64,000 nucleotides of DNA from assembly GCA_907165135.1 (NCBI GenBank), contig OU015566.1, forward strand, positions 6,882,001 to 6,946,000, read 5' to 3'. The stretch comes from Oikopleura dioica (Eukaryota; Animalia; Chordata). Numbering within the stretch: position 1 is the stretch's first letter; each line of letters opens with the position of its first letter. The position numbers and the translations under genes are program-made. The notes beneath the pieces were generated by a model. It was not told the origin of the DNA. It did not search any database and saw nothing but the letters and a program-made list of their open reading frames with translations. Positions 1-13,580 of the stretch are shown one piece after another.

Positions 1-44
1 GGATGAAACGGAGGAAATTAAGCTGTAACAATTTTACGCCTTAA

Positions 45-559
45 GGGTGTCAACATTGATTTTTGCATTTTTTCTGTTGACACCCTTAAAAATTAAAAAT
101 TGAATTAAAGTGACCTTTTTTATAACGAATCATCTTCAACAGTTCATGAGATCTCAATTTGAGACTTTCATTATTGACATAAATTGACCAGACGCTGACT
201 TTACTTCAGACATTTTAATCGTTTTCTGATTGCGCTACATTTTGCGTGCGTTTAGCCCATCCACGTCTTGCAATTTGTCGATTTGAATAATTTTATTGAA
301 AGCTTTGCGATCAGACTACTGATTGATCGAGGCGATTAACATGTTCTTTTCTAGCGACCGAATGGCCGAAATCCAAGTGGACATAGATCACAATGAAGAT
401 GATCGAGACGTAAGTACCAAGCTCTTCAGATCTTGAGACTTTTAACTAAGTGGGCTTATTAGTAATTATCAAGAAACGCGGCTATTTTAAGTGCACCAAA
501 GAGGAATTTTTACTATAGAAACCTTCGAGCGAAGTGGGTGAAAAACCTTGTTGACACCC
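45..559. mobile_element. TTAA-flanked TIR remnants (GGGTGTCAACA), Kolobok-like
   Basis: TTAA|GGGTGTCAACA at 41-55. Its reverse complement TGTTGACACCC|TTAA occurs at 75-89 and again at 549-563. Confidence 0.5.
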
Positions 560-3500
560 TTAAAAATGTCATCTGATATGAAATCGCAGAATAATCAACC
601 CCTCAAAAGCGTGACAAAGAGTCCCAGAATCAACTAGTGCCACCAAAACCGGATCATGACTCGTTCCAAAATTGGCTTAGTTCCGCATATGTGGATCAAT
701 CGAAATCAACGTAAAAACGGTTCTTCGTTTCTTTCGCTCAGCATAACTGAATGGCTGCTCCCGCATTTCCCAAAATCCTGGATTTCCCAAATCCTGGATT
801 TCTCAAAATCCTGAATTTCTCAAATCGCCAAATCAGGATTCTGCCGATTCTGGATTTTGGGAAATGCAGGATTTTTATTTCTTTTGAATTAGCAAAGCAA
901 GAAACTTGCTTGGTTTAAAAATCCAACCCAGATTCTTCTTAGTCAGAATCTTCCGCGCTGAAAAATCCCTTCCGAATAATTTGTCACCTCCAAAAAAAGT
1001 CGCGCCTCCTAATCCCTGCGAAAACAATCGGTTGAAAGTCGGTTTTTGAACTTGGAAGTTCCAAAATAGATTTAGTTGTTGTTACAGGCACGACCCAAAA
1101 GAATGTACATTTTGGTGGAACTTGAAAACAAAATTTATCAAAGGATTTTTTAATTGGGCCGAACCAAAATAAGGAAGTAATAAGCTAGGAAGTGACAGCG
1201 TAGGAGCGAACAAGAAAGTATCATACACGAAAGGATCAAATAAGAAAGTATCATACATGAAAGTATCAAATTAAATAGGATCATGCATTAAAGGATCGAA
1301 TTTTTTTGGAACCAATAAGATTGCCGTATAAGGCCTACCGGCCTATAAGAAACCCATCCTCAATCATTTTCAAATGTATGCCCGATCCAATCTTGCACGA
1401 TACTGGCTTGGATCTTCCATTATAATTTGATCCTTTCGTGTATGATACTTTCTTGTTCGCTCCTACGCTGTCACTTCCTAGCTTATTACTTCCCTATTTT
1501 AGTTCGTGCCTTTTAATTCCCTGGAGACATCAGTTATTTGCCAATTTCATATATTGCTAGATGTAATGGTAGAAAAATAAACCCTTTGATTGCCCTTTTA
1601 AAACTGCAAATATGAAACAGATTTAGAATCGCCAGATCGGCGATCATTTTGGTACCGAAGTCGTCTGAATCGGACAAGATTTTCGATCAATAATGAGAAT
1701 CTGAAGTCCCAAAATATGCGCTAGAAATTTTCGAGCGCCCGGAAAGGGATGAACACTCCATCCAGTCATTTAACCCATAGTCTCAGTTTGTAGAACAGCT
1801 TCTATTCTACCAGAATCAATTCACAGAAGTTGTGAACAAAGACTCTAGTAAGAACCAGAGCCGAAAGAAGCCCAAACATTCTATTTTAGTTTTGACAGAT
1901 AGAGAAAAACAACTGTTTTCGACGAAATTTCAGCTGAATCCTGCATTTCTAAAAATCCTGCTTTTCCCAATCCTGCATTTCCCAAAATCCAGAATCGGCA
2001 GAATCCTGATTTGGCGATTTGAGAAATTCAGGATTTTGAGAAATCCAGGATTTGGGAAATCCAGGATTTTGGGAAATGCGGGAGCAGCCTAACTGAATAG
2101 TAGTAACGAAGCAACTGCACGCAGTTGGCGGGATAGAAAATTATTCACGCGAATAACAAAATCACCACTTTTCAAAGCTTTCAAAGCTCCATTGACGAAA
2201 GTAGCAATCCTTGGGAAGCTCATAATCAGCATACTTTCGCCTGCGCTAGAAATGGGTGCTGAAACATTTATTTGTAGAACTACATGGTTCGAAATCCTGT
2301 TCATGCCGGGACTCAAGCCGTGGTACAGTTATCAGAGCATTGCGCCAATACAGATACATTCGAAACTTCAACTAAGGAACGGCTGATAATTTGATAATTT
2401 AACAGCGCCATCTAGCGCATCTTCTTCGACCAATCAAATTGAGTCTTCAATTTTGATTGGAGACTCAATTTTTTCTCCAATGCAATAAAACTCTTGTATT
2501 CGGTCTATTTTCGGCTTAACCAATTTATGGAAGTGCATTTATAGATAACCAATAAGATTGCTGTATTTGGCCTCCCGGCCAATCAAAACCCTGATCCATA
2601 AAATCACTTCGATAAATTGGTTTAACCCTCATTTTCAACGAAAAAAGATGACCCAGATCAATTTAAATTCATAAATTTCTCACGTGGAAAAGAACCAACT
2701 TGAAATTAAGATACTGTTTTTCAAAATTAGAACTTCAGTAATTACATGCTTTTATGATAATGAACATATGTTTGTTGCGCAATCAAGCAGCCTTGTAAAG
2801 CACATAGTACACGTTGAAGGTGGCTGGCCAAAAGATATTAATGCAGCAGATATGGAAGCCACAAGTCGATTTAGGAAGAAAACAGAAAAGGTAAATTTCG
2901 TGGCAGTATTACCATAAGAAAGAAAACCGCGGATCCGCCACACGTTCAGGCAACAGCCTGTTGCGAATAGAGAGCTAACTTTCTTCTTTCTTTCAGGACG
3001 AAAACTACAGTAAAACAATCAGCTCCCTCGGCGAGCGAGTCGAGGCAGTCATCCGCCAAAATAATGCTATTGACATCTACGAAGAATATTTTACCGACGC
3101 TGGAATCATCCCCACCGTCGACGAGCCACCACGGTAAGTCAGCCAGAAAACCTCGAGTAACCCTCGTTGAAAAAGGAAATATTTGAAGCTTTCAATTGCG
3201 CCGGAATCCGCGCAATCTCCTGACCGAGTCATGAAAACGTTCACATGTTATGTAATCTCAGTCAATTAAAAAATGACCCAGCAATTCGACTAAGCCCTAC
3301 TTTTTTCTGAAACTTTTGTAAGAAATAATCAAATCAGTAGCGTTACTAACGTCACATGTGGCTTGTAAAGGTCTAACTGGGCGCGTTTCATAATTCCATT
3401 TCCCGCTGCATAGGGCAACGTGATTTGCATTTGCCCTGTCCCCAGCTTCTAAATTTTCGCCGGGAGAGCCGGACTTCCAAATCCGGGAGCGAGATTAAAT

Positions 3501-6500
3501 GTCCAACTTGATTTTCATCCTTGATTCTTCAGACTCTCGTATTTACAGATTTAATCGGCACTTGATAAATGGGCGTTGGTTCAATCAATCCTAGAAGGAA
3601 ATGATCGAGATTTTCAGACAACTAATGCACTCATTTAACTTCTGGACATTTCAGCATATTGACCAATCAGAAAGCTGGATGGAAAAATTCTTTATCCGTT
3701 TAAGCCGCTGTAGGAATATTTTTTAAGTTTTATTTCAAATTCCTACAGCGGTTTGAACGAATAACGAATTTTTCCATCCAGCTCTCTGATTGGTCAATAC
3801 GCTGAAATGTCCATAAGTTAAATGATTTTTTATCTTAGGAATTACCATTAGATTTATTCTAACTATTATTCATTTAGAGTAAGCACTGTAAATCTTTTCC
3901 GCGATCCTGCTGGAAAAGGCGCGCGATCTGCAATCAACATTGCCTGGCATCCGGATGGGGGCAAACACGCCGCCGTCTCTTACGGCACCGTTGGTTTCCA
4001 GGCACCCGTGGTCGATCTCCTTACGTATTCGCAATTTGTCAAAATGCGCACCCTTTTTCTTTCTTGTTTAGGCGAGAAAGAATGCCTTTTGACGAGTAAG
4101 GTCGACCCCGGCGAAATAGGCTAGCCTCAAGGATCTCGAAAGTTATGTCTGGAATGTGGAGAACTCGAAGGAAAGCGTTCGACAGAAATTGATATTTTCT
4201 AAACCCTCCAAGCGTGAATATGAAGATGAGTGCATTCAGGAGTTACTTTTGGTTACTTGAAAGTCTTAAGGGTGTAGCACTCGTTGCTTGAGCCCGTTGT
4301 AATGAAGGTTTATTTAGACTGTCCAGTAGATGCTATTGAAAATATTCGGTCATTTTTTCTTGGAAAAAGATCAAAATTTCATTTTAGAAATTAATGAATT
4401 TTTCGCCATTTTAGTAATCCTTGGCGAGAATCCTGTTAGAGGCTGCTAGGCCTCTGCGATGGCCTTTTGCTTTGGGTCCGTTAAAATTTGCGATTCTGGG
4501 CTCCTCCTTTTTTTAAGGAAAATCTTGCAGGCATTTTGCTGAGCCGCGCCTGAAATTGGCATTTTTAGGGTGTGAAGGGAAACCGCAGATTACAAGAAAG
4601 TCTAGACTTGAGGGCATTCAAATTAGAAGGACTTATGAAAAACGCTCCGTCAGAAACCCTTAATTACCCTGCGACCACGAAGCAACGTCCTATGTATGGA
4701 GTACAATCCCAAGGACTCGAACATTATCCTCGGCGGCCAGTTCTCCGGCCAGGTCTGCATCTGGGACTTGCGAAAGAACTCACCAACGCCCACCGATATT
4801 ACAGCGGCGGAAGTCGCCCACCGAGACCCTTGCCACAGCGCGCTTTGGATTCAGGTACGTTCTAACAATTTTTGAGCTTATTTGCGGCTTCCGCTCTTGA
4901 TTTTAAAGAGTCACCATGTCATTTTTTATATATTCTTCTTCGAAATTCTTTTACAGAAAAAACTCTTAGTAAAAATTTAGAAAAAGTTCAATCGATCATC
5001 ATTTTTGTATTTAGTCAAAAACCGGCACGGACTTCTTTTCCTCCTCGACCGATGGCACCGTGAAGTGGTGGGACACTCGGAAGTTGTCTGAGCCAGTTGA
5101 GGAGCTCATCCTGGATCCGACCAAGCAGCTCAATCCTAAGTAAGTACTCAACTATATCTTGTTATCAGCAGTTTTTCATCTTCCGAGTCACTGTACTGAA
5201 GTAGGTTAAACCGAACTTTCACGAGAAATTCTCCACTAAAAATATTCATTTTAGTGCTGCTCTTGGAGCTATGTGCTTGGAGTACGAACCAACAATGCCT
5301 ACTAAATTCATGGTCGGCACGGAGCAGGGTACCATTATTATTTGCAACAGGTAACAATTTATACGATATCTCCTACTACACTTCACGTGGGCCACTAGAA
5401 AATAGCGGCGTATCAAGTCTCTTTTATATAATTTCGCGGGCCAACTCTAAAAAAGTTGATTTGTCAGACATGGAATGGGAATTTTTTTTCTCATCCGGAA
5501 GATGGGACATTCCGGAACGTCTCTGATTGCGGCTTTATGACGTTTTTGAATTTTCCGATGATGATTATTCGTTGGTTAGAATGTTCCTTTAGGTGGCTGA
5601 TTAAGGGTATCCTTGATAAATGTTCTAATAGAGTTAGGGAGGCGCTTTGTTTGCGTTTAATTACTTCTCTATTTTCCTCTTAGTCGAAAGAATAGAAAGC
5701 GTGAGATGCTAATTCACTTTCTTACCACTTATTTTGGCACTTATGATTACTGTAAACTTGGTCTCATTGCGTTGAAAAATGAACTCGCCCACCGCACCCA
5801 CGAACCGCCGAGCAATTTCTTTTGGTCGCACTAACATCTGTTTAGAAGTGCGTCAACGCATTTCACTAATAATACAGAAACACATCTTCGTGAAAAGCTC
5901 AAGGAGTACTCTTGACAATATACTCTTTAGAAAAGCAAAAACAGCGGCCGACAAGATTGCAGCGCTGTATCAGAGCTACAGTGGTCCAGTGAACACGATC
6001 GCGCGAAACCCATTGTACCCGAAAATGTTCCTGACCGTCGGCGAGTGGACCAACAGAATCTGGTCAGAGGATATCAGAGAGTCTGCTATCATCACAATGA
6101 AAAATTCCAGGCACGGGGGATTTTCTCAGCGGCTCAGATCTAGAATTCTCTAGGTACTATTTCGCAGCACCTTAACTTTAAAACTAATTCTTCTTACATA
6201 TACCGCGATTGGCATTTCTGACTGACTGATTCTGATTTTCGAGTGAAATAGCTAATCAACCAATTAAAATTTGACTCTAGTGTCTCTTCTTTGAGAGTTC
6301 CGTCAAACCAGTGACGCCTACGCAATCTACGTTACAAATCTCCTATGTTTTTAGCATGGAGAATTGTAACGTCAATGTGCATCTTTCAAAAATCAGTCAG
6401 TCAGGACTGCCAATCGCGGTAATTTAATAGCGGAGAAATCTACGCAGAAATCACTAAAATTGTAGGCACGGTTTTAGTGAGTCACTGTAGCTAAAAAAAG

Positions 6501-8434
6501 AGGTTAGTTTCTTTAGTTAACTAATCCTGGCAGAACGCTTTTCCGGCACCCTCAATCATATGGACTCTGTAATATGCGAATGGGGCCCAAGAAAGCGATA
6601 GTAATCCGGCTCAAAATCGAAGGTTGAAATGACTTGGCGGTGATTTCATCTCTTTCTCGAGTCCGACCGGACAATCGCAACTTCAAATCCCCCTGAAAAG
6701 ACACCACACTGCTGCTGCTCGCTGGTCACCAACTCGGCCAGCTGTGTTCTTTACGGCGAAATCGGACGGAAGTATAGATATTTGGGACTTGATGGTGAAA
6801 CAGGCGCAACCAACTTTGAACATTAACGTCAGCGACGCACCTCTTTGCTCGATGCGAGTGACAGGCAATGGGGTCATCAGCATAATAAGCGAAATGATTG
6901 TAGAAGTCCGCTGTATTAGCTATTAGGGCGTGGAATTTTCTAAAACTTAAAGACCATTTCATTCCATAATTATTGAATTTAAGATTCAACTAATTTCTTA
7001 GCTGTATCAAAATGGAACTGATCAATAATTAGCTAGAATTGAACCTTCGTAAATTGATAATTAACAAATTTATAATCAAAATAAACCGTAAAAAACCCTT
7101 GTTTATATTAACGCCAAATATATTGATCCTGAGCTACGTTTTTTGATTGCGCTTTTGATGACCTTTTGAAAAGATAACGGTAATCTTGTAGCTGCAGGAG
7201 ATCGAAATGGCAACGTGACACTTCTTAGTCTCAACGATGCCCTTACTGAGGTACGTACCCTTAAGGATATAGCCGTTCTCAAGGCACTTTCGTAGCGCTA
7301 AAAGGGGACGATAAAATTTTTTCATTTCAAAAGGAACCCTACCTAAAATTGCCTAAGAAACCCGATTCTAGTGTTCTTTTTAATTTTTTCATGGAAAAAT
7401 TTCTCTCTAGAGCAATTTTAAATCTTACGATCACTTTTTCTCGAAAATTTTCCATTAAATCGGTCGAGTTTTTTGATAAATTAAAAATTTGGACCTTTCT
7501 CTACATTCCCAGGGTCTAAAGTTTAATAGATTCCAATTATTTATGATTCTAGAGCCATTTTTATGAGGCTTACTTGAATAAGCCGAAGCGTCAGACAACG
7601 CTCTGGTTTGCTGCGCTGAGCGCCCTCCTCCATCGCGCGGTGAGGCGCGCATGTGAAAGACCACGCTGATTGGTCGAGCGCCCTGAACGCAGCATTTATG
7701 AAAAACAAAAGCCAAAAAGAAGAAGACGCTAGAATAAAAATTTGCTCGGGTTTTGAAATTTTGAGGCCCTAAGAAGGTAGATAAGCAGTTATTTATAATA
7801 ATACACGGTTTAGTTTTAGCGATTTAATTGTAAAATTTCGAGAAAAAGTGATCGTAAGATTTCAAATCGCTCTAGAGAGAAATTTTCTTTGAAAAAAATT
7901 TTTAAAAACATCAAAATCGAATTCTAGACATAATTTTAGGTAGGACCTGTCTTGAAATGATAAAATTTTATCGCCCCATTTCGGCGCTACGAAAGTGCCT
8001 TGAGAACGGCTATATCCTTAATCAAATTTCAAATTTCTAACAATGCTTTCAGCTTCAAAAAGACGAGAAATCGTTCTGCAACTTCCTCTTTGAGAGAGAA
8101 ACTCGACGAGAGAAAGTACTCGAAGCTAGGAATCGTGAACTTCGACTAAAGGAAAAGTAAGTTGACACCTTTAACGCCACTTGGGAAAACCCTTCAAGCT
8201 ACCGTAAATAACACTTTTCCTCTAAGGCAAAAGAATAAGCCAAAAATGGTGGAGGAAGAAGCTCCCGAAGAGCCTGCGGATGATCCATTAACTGATATCG
8301 CAGACGAATTAAGCAGAACCCTCGATGCGGAGAAGAAGAAACACACTCTTCTGGAACGCCAGTTCACCTTCGAACTCGACCAGCCAGCCAGCGAGGACGA
8401 GGAAGAAGAAGAGCAAGCCGAAAAAGCCGAGTAA
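355..8434 (+). CDS. DNAI2: Dynein axonemal intermediate chain 2 (WD40, outer-arm IC); multi-exon, first exon probably upstream of the window
   Basis: Spliced exons give [12 protein letters not shown] (355-409), [80 protein letters not shown] and [23 protein letters not shown], colinear with remembered human DNAI2. Acidic tail ends at TAA 8432-8434. Confidence 0.95.
753..2089. mobile_element. Non-autonomous Mutator-like (MULE) element in a DNAI2 intron
   Basis: ~120-bp TIRs starting GGCTGCTCCCGCATTTCCC, built of AAATCC(T/A)GGATTT-type subrepeats. Perfect 9-bp TSD TAACTGAAT at 744-752 and 2090-2098. No transposase ORF. Confidence 0.9.
1157..1510. mobile_element. MITE nested inside the MULE-like element
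   Basis: Inverted repeat of ~85 bp; core AAGTAATAAGCTAGGAAGTGACAGCGTAGGAGCGAACAAGAAAGTATCATACACGAAAGGATCAAAT (~1175-1241) is mirrored at ~1425-1491. TSD not resolved. Confidence 0.7.
3631..3825. mobile_element. Hairpin (foldback) MITE in a DNAI2 intron
   Basis: TCATTTAACTTCTGGACATTTCAGC...TGTAGGAAT pairs with ATTCCTACA...GCTGAAATGTCCATAAGTTAAATGA; ~85-bp imperfect arms with a short AT loop. Confidence 0.75.
6203..6419. mobile_element. TA-flanked MITE (Tc1/mariner/pogo-type ends)
   Basis: TA|CCGCGATTGGCATTTCTGACTGACTGATT ... AATCAGTCAGTCAGGACTGCCAATCGCGG|TA. Confidence 0.75.
7265..8017. mobile_element. TTAA-flanked Kolobok-like MITE with ~190-bp imperfect TIRs
   Basis: TTAA|GGATATAGCCGTTCTCAAGGCACTTTCGTAGCGC ... 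GCGCTACGAAAGTGCCTTGAGAACGGCTATATCC|TTAA. A TTAA TSD with RR..YY termini is the Kolobok pattern. Confidence 0.85.
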
Positions 8435-10964
8435 AAAGCAAAGAAAAAAGCCATATTTTGAGATTTGAAATATGAAAGACTGTACATTCGCTCCATCGCT
8501 GTAAATTTTAAGTAATAAATGTATATTTTATCAAGAAAAAGAAAGGAGAATTACGAAAAAGTTCTAAAACGCTCGAGATTCTTTTTTCCTCGCCTTGCAA
8601 AAATTTATGCAGCGCGTGCCAAAGAATGGAGAGCTTTCACCTCGGAGGCTTTTTTATTTAGAAATTCAGGAGTACTTTATTTTCTAGGTCAAAAACGGGA
8701 ATAATTGATCAAGATGTACAAAAGAAACTTGAAAAAATAATGGCTGAGGGAGCTATTTTCATCGATAAATCCTGTTATTGATAACTAAAAATACGTTGTT
8801 TTCCGCGATGTTTCGATTAATTATTAATTGCAGCAGCAGGTAATTAGCTTTGTTGAACATATTGAAACGAAATTAATAACAGTGATAAAGGCAATTGCAA
8901 AATCACAATCGTGATTCTTCGAATGCTCTTTTTTCTTTTTGTTTTCCAGTTCCAAGTTCCAAGTTGGCAGGACAAATAGAATTAGGTATTAAGAGCTTTT
9001 TAGTTCCAATGATCATCTTTTACTAGTAGAGAGGATGGCTGCTATTGTTAGTAAAACTCGTACTACGAAGAGCGAGCCAATGGTGGAGCTCCATATTTGC
9101 TCCCCTGGTCGCTTTCGATGGAGGAGGAGGTGGAGGAAAAGCGCCACGGGCAGAGCGCGGCGCTCGCCTGACGCTGAATGCGCTGATTGGGCCCAGTACC
9201 CGAATTCTCCAGCAGCGAAATAATCGCATAAGGGATGAGACCTACCAGCACCACTCACGCCAGCCACTTCACGTTGCACGACTAAGTCAATAGTGTCTTA
9301 AATCTCGAGTCCGCATTGCAATAAAGCACTCTATCTGGAGATTATAAACGACGACCAACTCTCTAATTAAGCTATTCTGACTATTTATAAACCACTACTT
9401 TATAAACCAGTCTAATTATTAGACTCTATTTAGACTCTAATAGCCATTTTTCACTTTTCAAAGTAATTTGAAAACAGAAGATTAAACAGGAGGAAGGTCC
9501 TTAAAATTAACCTTACAAATGTATGAGCAAAGAAAATAATCCGCCAAAAATAAACAGTTTCTATCAAGGCTAGCGCACTTTTTTACGCGAAAATCACAGT
9601 CTTAAAAAGAAATAGCGCGGTAGAATAGCAATTAAAAAACTGCAAAAATGAAAATTAAAAAAAAATGCTCAAATATTTCTGAATAAAAAAATATTTTTCA
9701 TCAAATCGATAATTTTTAAATGGAAGAAAATCAAGGAAGAGAATCAGCCATGCTCCGATTTTTGAACTTACGCCTTCTTTTTTCATAAAAACGGCTAGTT
9801 TTTCATTGAAAGAACAGAAAAAATAATTGAAAGAGAGCAGGATAACAGCTTTGTATGACCATAAGTCTAATTTTCAAATTGACCTGAGATAGTAAGGGCG
9901 CATACTTATCACATTTTAATGCCCCTTTGATGTTACCATCGAATACAGATGGTACAAGCTTCTAAAACTAGTTGACATGTTCTAGATCTCGATCAGGGCT
10001 CCCCGGCGCTGGCTCTTTGGCGCCCTCCGAGTAAGCGCGAGTCGCTTCTCTTTCTCTGACTTGGTACTGCTGAGCTCCAACACTTAACCCTTATTGCGCC
10101 CTTCAGAGATTGAAAAAAAGAAAGAGCTTTCTGAAATAACGAAGATCCGCCTTTTTCAAACACTGAAGATCATAAATTGACGAATTAAGGAACTCCGATA
10201 ATTTGTTAGATTTTGCGTCAAAAAGAGATTAAAAAGAAAACGACTGAATTTTAAAAAGGTATTTATTCAAACAAAAAAGACCTTCGCTAGACCCCATAAA
10301 AACACCTATAAACAGGTCCTGAAGAACATTTGTGTAGTAAAAATGCATCATTGCTGTTGTTTATTAGATAAAGCCCCTTATCTTCGTTTTGAGCCGACTG
10401 TAACTCATCACGTTACTGCGATAAGCAGCTCGAATGTTTCTAAAATCATCGTAGGAAACAACCCATTTTTCTAAATAACAAAAAAATATTTCTAAAAAGA
10501 GCTCGCACTACCTCATCTTTTCAACCCTAAAATATTCACTGTAGCAACCCTTATTCAAAAATACATCACGTCAGACGAAAGCTTCTAAAAATACATTTCG
10601 CTAAAAAATATTCTACGCTCCAAAGCTGCAACACAGTTGTTGAGACTTCCTGATTAAAAGTGCACGTTTAAACTTCTTCCTGGTTGCTGTAGTAAACAAT
10701 AAATTACGTTGACAATGTCTTGTTCAGCAATTCTAAAGGGCGCACCAGTAGTTGACCCATAATAGATAAGAATATTGTTCGGGTTATTTTGAATACCGCA
10801 GAATGAATTTCAACTCGGTCGGTTTCAAACTTTCGAGGAAGAAATATTTCAATAGACATGTCACATGTACTTCAATTAATCTCGACCTCAAAGATATTTT
10901 CAAAATAAATCGTCCTTGACATAAATTGATAAAAACCATTTTAGCAGGAAAAAAAATATAAAAA

Positions 10965-12270
10965 ATGAAAATTTCAACGTTGATGTCCGCGACAGTAGCC
11001 GCCCAAGAAGGATGTTTGATCATGGAAGAAGCTGCCAATGGATGGAAATCTTTGACCTCGCCAGATTATCCTAAAAAGTTCAACCCCAACGCTGAATGTG
11101 TTTACAGGTAATTACAGTAATGAGCTCACGGGTGGGGCGACGGAATGTAGAACGCGTTTTGGTGGGTTAAATTGGTCGGAATTCTTCTCCATAACGGGCA
11201 AAAAGGAGGTTAAAAAAGGAGATAAAGCTTCATTTAAGGCGATCAGAAAATATAAATATTTGAAACTTAGATTCTTTAGATCCAAAAATAGGGGTTATAA
11301 AGGGCGTTTTTATTGTTCAAAATTTTCGTTTTTTCACTCTTGCCGCGTCAACAAGTAATTAAGGGGATCGCTTAATATATAATCGTTGATGCTGGGAAAC
11401 TTCTAAGAGCTTCAAATACTGGATTTTCTTAGAGCAAGCTCAAATAATTATAAACTGTGTCTTGTGACGCTTGTTGTTTGATTCAACAAAGTCTAAATCA
11501 TCAGCCAACCTCTGCGAATAAATATTTAACTGGCGTTAGTTCCTCAGTCCAAACAGCCCTTCCCAAATCCTCCTTTATTCGAGCATCTTCTGACTCAATC
11601 AATGTTTCGCCATGTTTTGTGAAAAGCGGTCGAAAATAAAAGAATTTCTAAAATTTAAACTTTCACTCTTTTTTAGAATCACGGCGCCAGAAAATGAAAG
11701 AATCGAACTCGAATTTGTCGATTTCTTGCTTTTCAACAACCAAATCGAAGATTGCGCTGCACAAAGTTTGACCATTAGAGATCCTCTTTCTGATTCTCCG
11801 ATTGGCAAATACTGTGGAAACACGAAGCCACCAAATTACACAACAATGGGCAACTCCTTGTTTATGGTTTTGGACTCGAATACAGATGGCGAATACAAGG
11901 TAAAAGGAATCTTAAAGAAGGAACTTTTCAAATCGTCATTAAGGGTTTCCACATCAAATACCGAATCCACGGTTCTTCCCCCAAAATGGCCGTCGAAGCC
12001 GCCGCCAGCGAAAACCCCCGACAAAAACTCTCCAAGGGAGGCAACATGAAGAGCCAGCGCGAGGCACGTCCCGGCGAGTTCGGTGCCAAGGTCCTCGCCG
12101 CCGCGAAGCACCTTTCGCTGAAGAACGCCGCCGCCGCTGCTTCCGAAAAAGGTGAAATTGAAGCGCAGCTTCTCACTCAGGCTAGTGGCTTGACATTTCC
12201 ATTTTCGAAAGGGCTGTGGCAACTTGCTGACCCCAAGTGGGGCGGCACGAATGCGCAAGTGCCCACGTAA
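10965..12270 (+). CDS. Secreted CUB-domain protein (3 exons; may continue into the next gene)
   Basis: MKISTLMSATVAAQEGC..LTSPDYPKKFNPNAECVYR|ITAPENERIELEFVDF..CAAQSLTIRD..IGKYCGNTKPP..SLFMVLDSNTDGEYK|GFHIKY is a canonical CUB pattern. GT-AG introns at 11108-11676 and 11900-11943. Confidence 0.85.
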
Positions 12271-12516
12271 TACTGTAAACCGAAAGTGGCTACCGATGGA
12301 GTCACCTTTTTCGATGACCTTTAGGGTCTCATCCCGCTGTAGATTATGAAATTAGCGCACTGAGACGTAATCCCTTCAGCACTTTCTAGTGATTTCTAGG
12401 AAAAAAAAGATGACGCTTTGCTTGATTTTTTACAGCTTTATAAATAGTTGCATGACTCGTAAAAATAAAGATCCGAGAAAATCTAAAATGGAAAATGAAA
12501 AACAAAAAATGATAAG

Positions 12517-13580
12517 CCTCGACAGAATGAGGTAAACCACCGACGTCGTCGTCAGGTGAACCGAGGATATGGCGGTCCACGCGGTCGCGACTACAACGAC
12601 TATCAATACGGTTCTACCCCTTACGGTACAATCAGACTCACGAAAATATATTACTCTTTGTCGGTGGTTTTTATTTTTGATCGCGGTCGACGAATTCGTC
12701 TCGCGAAACAACAAATTTTGAAACATTTCAAATTTACTGATCGAATTTCGGGATCAAAGGAGATTTTCCTTTCCCATTTCTTGTGATTACTACTCGTTCC
12801 CAATCGGTGTGTTCAACCCCTGCTTGCTTTCGCTTTTCTCCCCGCTTAACCCCAACCCTAGGCGGTCGAGGTGGAAGACCAGCTGCTCCATCGGGCCCCA
12901 AATGCCGACCCGGCTTCCCCTGCCCCGGCACCGAATATAACCCCGATACCGCTACCTCAAGCTCTACCAAACGCGAGATCAGATGCGTCGGCGCCAATTG
13001 CAAGAAGGCTGGGGTAAGTGTAAGAATCAATCACATTTGCAGTCCGTACAAGTATCACGGTTGTGAATCAGAGCACATGAAATTCACTTCCTTTGAGTTT
13101 GAGATTTTATTTTTCCTCTTTTCAATTGAATATCATGCTCTCACGCGCTTATCATTATTCTAAACAATATCCTAGTCTGGAGGTAACTCCAACTTGATCC
13201 ACGGATTCGTCTGGGTCATTGTCATCGGCGTCTTTGGTGCTATTGGTTGGTACATCTACAAGACCTACTTCATGGAAGACGAAGAGGCCAAGAAGAAGGC
13301 AGAGGAGGATGAAAAGAGACGAGAAGCCGAGGGAAATATTGGCGCTGCTACTTTAGGAATGGTTACCTTTTCTTCATAACAAAAAATTACAAGCTTTTTC
13401 TTATGAAAAAAAAAGATCTTTTTTCGAAGAGATTTTTCACTCGTTTTTTGTGGACAGCTTTTTAAAGGTAACCCAGCTGCAGCACGCGGCATCGGAGGTG
13501 CTCCAGCCAAAGGCTTCGACGCTCCACCACGATACGAGTCATGGCAGGACCATGCGCAGCCCATCAGCGAGGCCAAGTAA
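12517..13580 (+). CDS. Single-pass membrane protein with RRRR site, Gly/Pro/Cys-rich stalk and cytoplasmic PPRY (PY) motif; 5' end unresolved
   Basis: Phase-compatible exons give HRRRRQVNRGYGGPRG..|GGRGGRPAAPSGPKCRPGFPCPG..|..FVWVIVIGVFGAIGWYIY (TM)..|LFKG..APPRYESW..AK*. Confidence 0.7.

Noticed and set aside
1832-2092. 86-aa ORF as a gene
   Set aside because: It is a read-through of the MULE right TIR subrepeats.
2405-2460. CTCF-like GCGCCATCTAGCG motif and adjacent 31-bp palindrome
   Set aside because: Single short match in an intron next to repeat debris; not distinguishable from chance.
9013-9293. Five overlapping ORFs in a GC-rich patch
   Set aside because: Open frames on both strands reflect GC content; CCAAT-like and GA-rich motifs suggest non-coding sequence.
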